In this document: positions 1-14,700 of the stretch, piece after piece
Layout of the letters: every line of letters starts with the position of its first letter
How positions within the stretch are numbered: the stretch's first letter is position 1
DNA from: Guillardia theta CCMP2712
Taxonomy: Eukaryota; Protista; Cryptophyta
Length of the DNA: 34,963 nucleotides
NCBI RefSeq assembly: GCF_000315625.1
Contig: NW_005434546.1
Coordinates: 9,677-44,639 of the forward strand
Reading direction: 5' to 3'
The notes under the pieces: model-generated
Told to the model about the DNA's origin: nothing
What the model saw: the letters and a program-made list of their open reading frames with translations, nothing else
Database searches by the model: none
Position numbers and translations under genes: made by a program

Positions 1-421
1 AGGGGCGGGGGGGGGGGAGGGGACAATATGAGGTCTGATCTTGAAGTCGCAGAAGGAGGAAGGGGAGGAGGAGGAGGAGAACCTAGTCGAAGAGGTACGC
101 AAGTGTAACATATGTAAGGGAAGAGCTGAGAGGTCCTAAGGTGACGGACCAAGAGAGGACGATCCTGGACATGGTGGAGGCAAGCACCTCGAAGAAGGAG
201 GAGAAGATCATTGCTGCCGCCGGAGCGGTAAGAGGATGGCAGGAGAAGAGGGAAGGGGAGAGAGGAGGGAGATGGCAGGAGGGAGGAGGGCCAAGGGTCT
301 CACGCGCAAACAGGGGACGAGGAAGAGAAGGGGACGGCCACCATCGGGCAAACCAAAGAAGCAATATGTGCCCACAGGCAGACCGAGGGGAAGGCCAAGG
401 AAATCTGCTCCTCCTTCATAA
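1..421 (+). CDS. 3' exons of an AT-hook DNA-binding protein (5' part outside the window)
   Basis: Splicing GAG|GTACGC..TAAG|GTG and GCG|GTAAGA..AAACAG|GGG gives ...VTDQERTILDMVEASTSKKEEKIIAAAGA|GTRKRRGRPPSGKPKKQYVPTGRPRGRPRKSAPPS*. This contains two RGRP AT-hook cores; stop TAA at 419-421. Confidence 0.7.
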
Positions 422-429
422 GCGCATGT

Positions 430-3560
<3,131 letters not shown>

Positions 3561-3604
3561 AAGCTCTCTCCTCCTCCTCCTCTCTCCTCTCTCTCTCTCT
3601 CCTC

Positions 3605-4465
3605 NNNNNNNNNNNNNNNNNNNNNNNNNNNNNNNNNNNNNNNNNNNNNNNNNNNNNNNNNNNNNNNNNNNNNNNNNNNNNNNNNNNNNNNNNNNNNNNN
3701 NNNNNNNNNNNNNNNNNNNNNNNNNNNNNNNNNNNNNNNNNNNNNNNNNNNNNNNNNNNNNNNNNNNNNNNNNNNNNNNNNNNNNNNNNNNNNNNNNNNN
3801 NNNNNNNNNNNNNNNNNNNNNNNNNNNNNNNNNNNNNNNNNNNNNNNNNNNNNNNNNNNNNNNNNNNNNNNNNNNNNNNNNNNNNNNNNNNNNNNNNNNN
3901 NNNNNNNNNNNNNNNNNNNNNNNNNNNNNNNNNNNNNNNNNNNNNNNNNNNNNNNNNNNNNNNNNNNNNNNNNNNNNNNNNNNNNNNNNNNNNNNNNNNN
4001 NNNNNNNNNNNNNNNNNNNNNNNNNNNNNNNNNNNNNNNNNNNNNNNNNNNNNNNNNNNNNNNNNNNNNNNNNNNNNNNNNNNNNNNNNNNNNNNNNNNN
4101 NNNNNNNNNNNNNNNNNNNNNNNNNNNNNNNNNNNNNNNNNNNNNNNNNNNNNNNNNNNNNNNNNNNNNNNNNNNNNNNNNNNNNNNNNNNNNNNNNNNN
4201 NNNNNNNNNNNNNNNNNNNNNNNNNNNNNNNNNNNNNNNNNNNNNNNNNNNNNNNNNNNNNNNNNNNNNNNNNNNNNNNNNNNNNNNNNNNNNNNNNNNN
4301 NNNNNNNNNNNNNNNNNNNNNNNNNNNNNNNNNNNNNNNNNNNNNNNNNNNNNNNNNNNNNNNNNNNNNNNNNNNNNNNNNNNNNNNNNNNNNNNNNNNN
4401 NNNNNNNNNNNNNNNNNNNNNNNNNNNNNNNNNNNNNNNNNNNNNNNNNNNNNNNNNNNNNNNNN
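3605..4465. other. Assembly gap (861 N)
   Basis: Run of N. Confidence 1.
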
Positions 4466-4517
4466 CCATCTGAGGGGGAGGCGCGTCAGAGGAGGAGGAG
4501 TTGTAGATGATACGGCA

Positions 4518-6078
4518 CCAGTGAAGTATTTGATCTTCTTTGCACCGGGTGTGAGAACGAAGAAGTACGGGATCGTCTCTGTCAGGACGAAGTCAGCAAG
4601 CACAAACTCTCCCAAACTCCCATTATCATCGTTGAGATGATTATCAGCATCTCCATCATCGTCTTCGTCAACATCATGTCGAACAACTCCGTCTCCCAGC
4701 ATCATCAGCACCATCAGCACCATCATCATCTACATCATCTATCATCTACAAGCTCCATCATCATCTGTCACCATGTAGCTGCGGGCAGCAGAACCATCCT
4801 CTCTTGATGGTCCGAGGAGGCTGAGGCTTCTGCAGCCCCCAACTCAGCGCTTGCAAACCTCCACCGCACAGCAGCACCTCGTTCATCTCAAAGTGAAGCT
4901 CCACCTTAGACATCTGCCAGAGCCAAAACATGGTTGTCGGAGCACGAAATCACAAACATCACACTATCACCCCCTGCGGCCCAACCAGCGACTGCTCGAT
5001 CGAACAAGTTAGAGGAGGCGCAGCATGGGGCAAGCGCAGCAGAGATTTTGAAGCACCTGCTTCTTAGGCGTGCGGACTTCATACCATCCCCCCTCCTTCT
5101 GCTCTGATAGTGCTCGTGTCAGCAACCTCTGTGATAGGCTGCAAAGGTCTCTCCATGCTCACCAGCATGTGTTTCTATCCTGCTGATCGGGACCACGACA
5201 TTTCCTGCGAGGTTGACGTGTGAGTGACAACGAGGAGGAGGTTGCGAACTACCGAGAACTTCGTGCTCTCCGGACAAGACACTCTCACTTAAGAGCCTTA
5301 CAACCACAAAGTGATGCTCCGTCTTTGCGAGCTCCTCGATCTGCGAACAGAGACGACCGTCGGTCACCAACCACGTTGCAAATAGTCTCAGCATCAACTT
5401 CGACAGAAATGAAAGCAAACATCACAAATGCAACTACAAATATAACTACAACTACATATGCAACTGCAACTGCAACTGCAACTGTATCTGCAACTGCAGC
5501 TGCAGCTGCAGCTGCAACTGCAACTGCAACTGCAACTGTATCTGCAACTGCAACTGCAACTGCAACTGCAACTGCAACTACATGTGACATAAGTCTCAGA
5601 CAATTAGCTGTTGTCACCTGGAAGCTCTCGTTCCATGACGGATGCAGACCGCTTGCGGCAATCACGGTAGAGTAAGAGAACGCACACTTCCCAGGCTCGT
5701 GTTGTCGTTCCCTGCAAATGACCTGCACAAGACAGCGAAATCCTCTTCCCTCTCCCACGTCCTGTCCTCTCCCTGTCAGCTCCTCTCATACATGGAAAGA
5801 TCGTTCCCTACAGGCAAGTTGCGGGCTTGCCGCACCACTACTGTCAGAAGGCGATTGCTCTGCACAAATATGAGCGACTGCTATTGCACCGCGAAAGAGG
5901 ATACCGTCATTCCTCGAGGTTTACCATGGCATCGTGCAAACGCAACACAAATCTTGTTTCTCTTTCTGGTCAGAAGCGTGAGAGGTCGCAAGGGTGTGAA
6001 GATATTGATAATCAGGGATTCAATCAGGAATTCACCACCACCAAATAGTTTGGTGTAATGTTGAGGATTATCATGCAT
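4518..6078 (-). CDS. C2-domain + PH-like domain protein, N-terminal exons (start codon uncertain)
   Basis: Spliced C2 motifs: SNRLLTVVVRQARNLP ... TVIAASGLHPSWNESFQ|IEELAKTEHHFVVVRLLSESVLSGEHEVLG|NVVVPISRIETHAE|QKEGGWYEVRTPKKQ|SLVGPQG|MSKVELHFEMNE. These are followed by the PH-like KPQPPRTIKRGWFCCPQLHE|TIPYFFVLTPGAKKIKYFT. Confidence 0.75.
5460..5579 (+). repeat. (GCAACT)n microsatellite inside a C2-gene intron
   Basis: Direct reading. Confidence 0.9.
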
Positions 6079-6549
6079 GAGATGGATAGAGGATATCCAT
6101 TGTGCAATGGCCTTGAACCAACATTTTCACCACCAGGGCCGTGCGCAGTGGCAAAATTCCTAGTTTCAGGTCCTCTTCTCTCCCTCTCCAATATCTCCCT
6201 CTATGACAACATTTTCACCCACGAACAAGATCTTATGGAAGGAAAGGCCAAATGATTCTTTCCTATTGCGATGTTCGACCACGCCAATTCTTCATATTCT
6301 TCATTCGCTGCTTCGTTCCTTTCTTAAATTGTTCTACAGCACCTCTGCGCCCTTCCCATCTTGTCTCTCAGAGCGCCTTTCTCCTCGAAACGTGCTCTCC
6401 AATATCCTCCTCCCTCATCTCTCATTTGCCTCTCCCTTCTCTCTCATTGTATCCTCTTCTCCGCCATGATACTCTTCATTTCCTCGTCCTCTCTCCACCT
6501 GATCCCTTCCTCTCTTCCTCCTGCTCTTCTTTACTGTGGAGTCAGGTCG

Positions 6550-7875
6550 TGCATTCCCTCTATCGGTGAAAGGAGGGGTGGGGTAGCAAATAACCCCTGA
6601 ATCCAAATCAGACTACCCCCCTTCTTTCCAATGGGAAGACTTCGACAGTACCCTCCCACCAGACATATAAACCACCACCCCTTTCATCTGCCTACCCCGG
6701 CATTCCGATCACCTAGCTGAGGCTGGCTCGTATTTGAGTACCCCACCCTTATCTTTTAGAGCTCATTTGAATCTAAAGCACCCCTTACTGTCCACTTTCT
6801 GAAGCCTGAGTCAATCGGCCCCGCAGACTCCGGGACCCCTACCCCCGCTGGTCGAGAAGTTTGACTTTTTTTTTAACCCCATCTCCAAATTTAGTCACGG
6901 TGTCACTACCCCACCCCCTTTCGGAAATCAACATTTTTTCTACCATTTAAAGCTCTTGTACCGGTCCGTTCAGAATGCCTGGCCGTCAGTAGTAGAAGTC
7001 CTCGTACCGTACCCTGCTTTACTTGACTGCAACCGATGGATTCATCCAAGCCGGCCCTCCGACGAGTTTGAGCGCCCCCCGCCGGGCCGCGGGGGGCAGG
7101 CCCTCCGAGTTAACGCCGGCCGGGCGGGGCGCCGGGGGGGGGGCGCCCCGGGCCCGGCGGCCCGGCGGCCGCCGGAGCCGCCGGTCGGCTCAGTTTACTC
7201 AAAGTTAAGATAACTCGTCAAAACAGAATCACAAATGAACAGAGCCGAGGCTTGAGGGCCCTGCCACTGTCACTGTCGCACAGGCGGCCGAATGAAGCCG
7301 CTGAGCCGCGGCACGGCAGGCACTGCCCAGTCACGGGCTCCCCGGCTCAGCGGCTGCCCGGCCCGGGCAGCCCCCGGGCCCGGCCGCCGGACATCCGACT
7401 GATCGGATGTCCGGCGGTCGGGAGTGGCAACCGCGGCGTGCTACTTGCAGCGGCCTGCGGCCTGCACTCCTGACGGTGACCGCCTGAACAACCGTCGTGC
7501 CGCCGCCGGTGAGTCACGGGCCGTCACCGGGTGCACGGCCGCTACGGTCGGACTAGCCGCTGAGCGTCACTGCCCGACTCGGACGAGCGGCTCTGTCATA
7601 GCGCCGCAGCGGCCGCAGTTCGGTGACTTGGTGACAGTGCTGCTGGAGTCCCTTCGGGCGGTGACGGTCCACGCGTCGGAGGGCCACTGGCCTCAGCCTG
7701 CCCTCGGAACGGAAGTTGAAGCCGCCTCCGAGTGAACTGACCGTGCCTTGACTCAGTCGGTGGCAACGCGACACTGCCCGGCCAGCGTCGGCCGGGCCGG
7801 GCTATGAGTCGCCCCGGCCGTGACTTCAAGGCTTCGAACTGAGCGGCCCTGCAGCCTCAGTGCCCGGCCGCGTTC
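6550..7875. repeat. Composite intergenic element: C/G-run segment plus very GC-rich CpG island, between divergent genes
   Basis: No credible coding exons. Shares GTTTACTCAAAGTTAAG (7193-7209) and TCTTGTACCGGT (6954-6965), in reverse complement, with similar islands at about 21-22 kb and 27 kb. Confidence 0.5.
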
Positions 7876-8151
7876 GAGAATTATCCGACAACAAAAAGAT
7901 AAAAAAATGACTTCACTGGTACTATTTAGAGGACAATCCGTACCTTGATGACGTCATGGACTTTTCTTTGTTCTTCCCTTGGTTGGCGGTAAATGTTTGA
8001 AATAAATATCAAAGAAGTTGAAAGTATTTATTTAAATTTGTAGTTTATAGACCAAAATTGTTGAATTGGTTTCAATTTGTTTCGCCAATTGTCTGACGCT
8101 CAAACTTGTTTACATGGCTCAGTGATTGAGATGAGCAAAGCAGGCAGGAAG

Positions 8152-8197
<46 letters not shown>

Positions 8198-8397
8198 TCA
8201 GGAGCAGGAGGACATGATTGAAAAGGAACAGGACAACTTTCGAGATCATAGAGATGGAGAAGTACTGTACAACATGCAAGGATCACCGAGGAAAACTCTG
8301 CCAAGCCACCATGCTAAACTTGTCTCGCCTGTCTCCCCAGATCCTCCCTGATGGCTGGAACGTCGCTCCTCATCCTTACTGACTTGAACATGCCAGG

Positions 8398-11277
8398 ATG
8401 ACGCGGCTGGTTCGGCTCTCCTTCCTGATCCTCTGCCTCCTTTCCTCGCACGTCACAGCGGATGAAGGAGCGTACTCCTCCATTGACGACGTGCTCATCC
8501 TCACATCGGAGAACTTCGACAGAGAAGTAGCCAAGCACACTGAAGGCGACAAGGCTCTGCTGGTAGAGTTCTACGCGCCATGGTGCGGACACTGCAAGGC
8601 TCTCAAGGTGGGAAAGGAGGTTGAGCGGGAGGAGGATGAGGGGTAGAGGATGAAAGAGAGGGGGTCCAGAAGGAGGAACGGAGGGGGGGATGGGCGGTAT
8701 CTGGAACTAAGGCATACTGCGCAGCCCAAGTACATCGAAGCTGCCAAGAAGCTCATGCAGAACAACCCTCCTATCCGCATCGCTGCCGTCAACGCCGACG
8801 AGGAGAGCAACAAGAACCTTGCTTCCCGGTTCGGAGTCAGCGGCTTCCCCACCCTCAAGGTCCTCAAGGACGGAGGCAGCACCGTGCTCGACTACGACGG
8901 TCCTCGGGAGACCGATGGCATCGTCAAGGTTGCTGGATCAAGTGCTGCGTTGCTCCTCCCCTGACAGCGGTGGACAGCACGTCCTCGCCTCGCAGGGCCC
9001 CACCTGGACGGAGGTGACGGAGAAGGAGGAGGTGGAGCGGCAGAGGGGGGCAGGGAAGAGGGTGGCTCTGTTCGTTGGAAAAGAGCCGCGGGAGGCGTCC
9101 AAGGCTTTTGCAGCATTCAAGGAAGCAGCAGCGAAGGTGTGAAGAGAGATGAGGGAGAGGAGGGACGAGAGGGAGGAGTGAAGGGATAGGAAGGGGCAGG
9201 AGAGGAGAAAGTAGGGGAGGGAGGGGAAGGGGGGGAGGAGAATCAGGGGAGAAGAAGAGGAGAAGGAGGGCAGGAGGGGAGAAGGATGGCAGGAGGAGAT
9301 AGAGAGGAGCACAGTGGAGGAGGAGTTGAGAGGTCTGACTTGCTGACCAGCTCAAGGGAGACGTAACGATGCTCGCCTGCTTTAACGAGCAAGTCGCCAA
9401 GGAGTTTGGACTGACCGCCCCTTCAGTGTCAGTCTTCACTGAATACAAGGTCAAGATCATGCATTCACTTTTGCTGCGGCTATTTCTCCTCCTGCTCCTG
9501 CGCTTCCTTCCTGCTACCCGTCTCCCCTCCTCGTCTCTCCTCTCCACCTGCTCCTCCTGAAAATGCTCACGAACATATTGCGAACGATGATGAAAAGACC
9601 GACGATGACGTCATGCGCTTTTCGTGTTGTTGCTGTCTCTTTCCTCATACATCATCCAGGCTGAGGGAGCGAGACATGAGAAGCTGGAAGAGAAGCTCAA
9701 CGATGCCCAACATGTCCAGGTGAGGAGCCTCCTCCTGCTCGTCCCTTGTTGCATCTCCTCCCCCTCCTCATTGCTTTGCTGTAGAACTTCATCAACGACA
9801 TGGCTCGACCCCTGGTTTCCTTGGTCGGCAACAGCGACGAGCATGGCATGCTGTGAGAGAGGGAGGGCAAGGTCCAGACTTGTGCTGACTTGCGATGCAG
9901 CATGAAGACAGACCTACCGATCATGAAGATGGTGAACGTTTACCGCACGTTTCTGTCCTTCACCCTGACCCTGAGCGCCAGTTTGTCAACGGCAAGGACA
10001 GCAGTGACAGACAAAACAGGAAAAACATGTTCCGCAACCGCATCAGCAAAGTGAGCTGCCCACAATGCCCCCGTTACCATCGTATCACAACACAACATGC
10101 CTGCTTGTCCTCTCCCATGACTTCACCTCTGCTCACATGATCGTTCAGCCTCTTCGTCACCTGACGCCTCCTCTTCCCCCCCCCAGGTTGCCATGGATTA
10201 CAAAAACAAGATAACATTCGCTGTCAGCGATGACGTGGAGGGAGGAGCGAGCTACGAGTTGGAAGAGTACGGAATCTCTTCCTCTGACCTCCCTGCTATC
10301 GTCATCAGAAAGGTACGAGGAACTTGAATCTCGTGCTCCCTGCGGACATCATATCCTCCAGCCCCTGCAGCCATCTTCAATTTCCTTTCTCTCCTCTCCT
10401 CCTCTCCTTCTCTCCTCCTCCTCCTCGCCGCCTCCTGCGCATGATCCTCCCCCCACAGCCCCTCTCCCCCTCTCCCCCTCTCCCCCTCTCCTCCTCTCCC
10501 CCTCTGCTCTCTTTCTGCTTGAACTCTTTCTTCATCTTCCTCGTCCAACCTCTCCACGTCCTTTCTCGCCTTCAACGTTTTCCCGGCCATTTCTTGCACA
10601 CGCTCCTCCTCTTCCTCTCCTTCTCAAGGGTGACGATGCAGCAGGGAAACCTCAAGTACAAGTTCGATCCAAAGAACGAGGAGGAGAAGAAGTTCAAGGC
10701 GTCAACTTTCAAGGCCTTCGCCGATGATTACCTCGCCGGCAACAAGTCGGTTTCACCCCTCCTGCCCCTCCAATCACCTAATTTCCTCTACATTCTCCTC
10801 TCCTCCTCGTCCTCCTCGTCCTCCTCGTCCTCCTCGTCCTCGTCCTCCTCCTCGTCCTCGTCCTCGTCCTCCTNNNNNNNNNNNNNNNNNNNNNNNNNNN
10901 NNNNNNNNNNNNNNNNNNNNNNNNNNNNNNNNNNNNNNNNNNNNNNNNNNNNNNNNNNNNNNNNNNNNNNNNNTCCCCCCCTTCCCTCTCCTCCCTCTCC
11001 TCCCTCTCCTCCCTCCCTCCCTCTCCACTACCCCCTCCTCAACTCTCTTTCCTTTCTCCCCTCCTCCCCCCTCCTCCTTCTCACCTTCCACAGGTACGGC
11101 AACATTGTGATTGCCAAGTTCGACGCCACGGCCAACGACAGCCCGCACGGGGAGCTGCAAGCGCAGGGCTACCCGACCATCAAGTTCATCGCAGCAGGAG
11201 ACAACAAGATCTCCGACTACACGGGCGAGAGAGATGCCAAGTCCATCGTTGACTGGGTGAAGAGGGAGGCAAAGTGA
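8398..11277 (+). CDS. PDI: Protein disulfide isomerase (a-b-b'-a', PDIA3/ERp57-like) with signal peptide
   Basis: Signal peptide [21 protein letters not shown]; active site [16 protein letters not shown] (WCGHC 8581-8595); [22 protein letters not shown]; b' region RNRISK|[15 protein letters not shown]; last exon [40 protein letters not shown]. The second CGHC presumably lies in the N-gap. Confidence 0.92.
10874..10973. other. Assembly gap (100 N, probably a placeholder of unknown size) inside the PDI gene
   Basis: Run of N. The exon(s) for the a' active site are missing from the visible sequence. Confidence 1.
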
Positions 11278-11700
11278 AGGAAGACCAGGTGGGGGAGGAT
11301 GGGGGTAGAGGATGAGGATGAGGATGAGGATGTTATAGAGGAGGGTGAGAGGAGGAGAGGATTGTAGATGAAAGAACAAAATGCCGATACAAACCCCATT
11401 TTCAATCTTCGTCTTTATCCCTCGTTCTGCTGCTGCTCCTCGTCCACTCTCCCCTTCGAATCCCAACCCCCTCCCAACCCCCTTCCTTCAGCTCTCAGAC
11501 ACTTGCGCGTCATCCTCGTCTTCAACTTTCACGGATGAATTGAAACATATTTCACTTTATCTGTTGGACTTTAACATGAAATCGAATACCCAGTGACAAC
11601 TTGCTTCACTCCACTGCATCCTCATCCTTTCCGTCTCCCTCCTCCTCCTCCTCTCCTCGCCCACCCCCAACCCTCATCTCCTTTTACCCGTTCTTGTCCC

Positions 11701-11709
11701 GCTGCCGCT

Positions 11710-11756
<47 letters not shown>

Positions 11757-11758
11757 TG
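11701..11758 (+). repeat. (GCC)n microsatellite
   Basis: Direct reading. Confidence 0.9.
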
Positions 11759-11760
11759 CA

Positions 11761-14700
11761 TCAAACCCCTCGAGCTTCGTCCAGGTAATAGTCCATGGCC
11801 GAAAACAGCTCTGATGATTGCTCTTCCACCACCTGCCCTCCTACCTGCTCTCCCCTTCCCCTTTTCCTCTCCTCCTCTTTCCTCATCTTCATAGCGACTT
11901 TGCTTGCCGGCCCCGCAGCCTTCGCCTGCTGCTCGACTCGTCTCCGTCCTCCTTCCCTCTCCAGCACAGCCTTCACAATCCGTTTCCCCTGCTCTTTCCC
12001 CCTCACTTCCACCATAGCCTCCTCTTCCTCGTCCTCCTCGTCCTCGTCCTCGTCCTCCTCGTCCTCGTCCTCGTCCTCCTCCTCCCCGCTATCTCCCGAG
12101 TATCTAGGGTTCAGCAAGGATGCAGGAAAGAGACTTCGAGCCCGCGCCATCGCCTGCTCGCTGACGAGGGACAGGGAGACTTTACCGACAACCTCCTGGA
12201 CAAACGAGATGAGGAGGAGGAAGACAAAGTCGGGGAGCAGAAGAGGAGAGGAGGAGAACGAAGATAAATGATGATGCTGATAATGACGATGATGATGATG
12301 ATGATGATGATAATGATGATAATGATGATGATGATGATGACGACGACGACGACGACGACGACGATGATGATGATGATGATGATGATGAGGAGGATGAGGA
12401 TAAGGATGAGGAGGAGATGGAGGAGGAAGAAGAGATTGAGAAAGAGGAGGAAGAGGAGACAGTGTTGGTGATCATCAAGAGGTTGGTAGGAATTGCTTGC
12501 CTCATCTTCGCCGACGAAAGAAGCGAGAAAGAGTTGACCATCCTGATGAGGAAGAAGTGAGCGAGAGCGAAAGAAAGAACGACAAAGATGGAGATGAACG
12601 AAGGATGCGATGCAGGAGCAGAGGGCGGAGGAAGATGAAGAGGAGGATAAGGATGAGGATGAGGATGAGGATGAGAAGGAGGAGGAGGAGGATGAGAAGG
12701 AGGAGGAGGAGGAGGAGGAGGAGGACGTGCAAGAGAAAGTTGGGGTGGATGAGCAAGACAGGCAGACCGAGAGCAGGAGCAGAAGTATGGGAATGGGGTA
12801 ACGGATAGAAGGGATAAGGGCAGATGGCGTAGGGAGAATAGAGAAGGAGGAGGAGGAGGAGGAGGAGGAGGAGGAGGAGGAGGAGGAGGAAAAGGAGGAG
12901 GAAAACCTGCACGTGCTGCAGGCTCACTCGGCAGACCCCAAGCTCAACATCTTCGAGCTCCTCGTCGTCGTCAGCTTGTCCGAAGAGAAGGACGTCGAGC
13001 GAAGGATGACCTGGAAGGTGTGAGGAGAAGAGGGAGGAGGGAAGAAGACGGGAGGGCAAGTCGAGGAGAGCAGAAGAAACGAGTAGTGGAGGACAGGTGA
13101 GGCGGCAGGGAAGGAAGCGGGAGGGAGCGGGAGGGGGCAAGAGGATAGAAGAGAGCGAGGAAGGGGGAGAGAGAAGAACGGGAAGAGAGGAAGGAAAACC
13201 TGAGGAGGAAGAGTTCGAGGAGGAGAGAGCGGAGGCGAGAGGGAGGAAATAGGACTGATCGTCTTGCGGGTCTAAAGAGAACTTGACGGAGTGACTGAAG
13301 ATCATCTCGTGCGCCCTTGGAAGAGATGCGCTGGATGGCAGACGTTAGGAGGGAAGAAGGGTAGGCAGGGGATTAGGAGAGGGACAAGGAGGACTGAAGG
13401 AGGAGAGTAGGAGAGAAGAACAGCGGAAAAGAGGAGCAGAGGAGGGGAGCAGAGGAGGAGAAGAAGAGAGGAGGACAGGAGAGAAGAAGATAAGAGAAGA
13501 AGCAAAGAGGATGGGAGAACAGGGACGACAAGCAATAGGGACGAGGATGTGGAGGACATGGGGTAGAACAGATATGTCCAACTCACCTGGCCTTGTCGTA
13601 AATTCTCATTTCATCCACCTCTTCCTCATCCTGGTCATCCGACATGTCAGGTCCACAACCGTCACAAGCCGATCGGTATTACCCCGGCAATAAAGACAGC
13701 GGATACGAACAAGTTGGGAAAGCGCCGGAGGGAGTCAAACTGACTCTCTTCAAGCTCAACTCGGTCGATCTTGACGCTGACATGTTTGCTGCGGACACGA
13801 ACATCAGTGGACGATATCGCGTCCTCTACCACTCTACTGCTACTCCATCACAACTACTCGCTGTTTTCATCAACAACTCACCTCCTATCGAACTCTTCGT
13901 CTTCATCGCACGGTTCGCCGTACATGTCATCGATAGACTGCAATCTTTCTCAGCAACCTTCTCTCAGCAGGGGCACCAGCTCCTCACCATGTCCGGCAGG
14001 CGGCAGGAGCCCTCGGGCATGACCACCGGAGCTCTCTGCGCCTTCATGGCATCGTGTATGTCTAGCAAAGATGAACCCTCGAAGCTCTCTCGTACACTCT
14101 CCTGCTCCTGCTCCTGCTCCTGCTTCTGCTTCTGCTGCTGCTGCTGCTGCTCCTCCTCCTCCTCCTCCTGCACAAGTTGGTTTTCTTTCTCCCTTGTGGT
14201 CTTCCCTCCCTGAACATGGTTCGGGAAGGAGTGCAAGCACGAGCTGAGAAGTGCGCGAACTCTCAGGAGGCGGTCAGAAGTCTGATGTCCTGCCGTTTCC
14301 TGTCCTCCTCTCGCAGATTTCCCGCAAAGGTCAACAAGCCCCGGAATCCATTCGTCCTCGTACCTCCCCTGCAGCAGGAAAGAAACGACCTCCTCCTCCG
14401 CATACTCCACTGCTCTCCTCAGGCACGCCAACGTCTCAGCCCCTCCTGCTACAAGAATGTCCCGCATCCTGTTCAGGCGCTCCTCTTTCACATCCCCTTC
14501 GCTGTACATTTCCTCCTCCTCCTCTTCCTCCTCCTCTCCCTCTTCCTCCTTCCTCCTCCTTTGATTCTCCTCCATGGCACGGTATCGCACCAAAGAACAA
14601 ACGACGCCCATGGCAGTGATCGCAAGTTCCCTCGTCTTGTTATCGCCTTTCCATCTTTCTTCCTGCTCCTCCTCCTCCTCCTCCTCCTCACAGAGAATTT

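Noticed and set aside
6956-7829. GC-rich ORFs in the first island (and likewise at 21056-22007)
   Set aside because: Stop-poor because of extreme GC content; overlapping on both strands with no recognisable domains.
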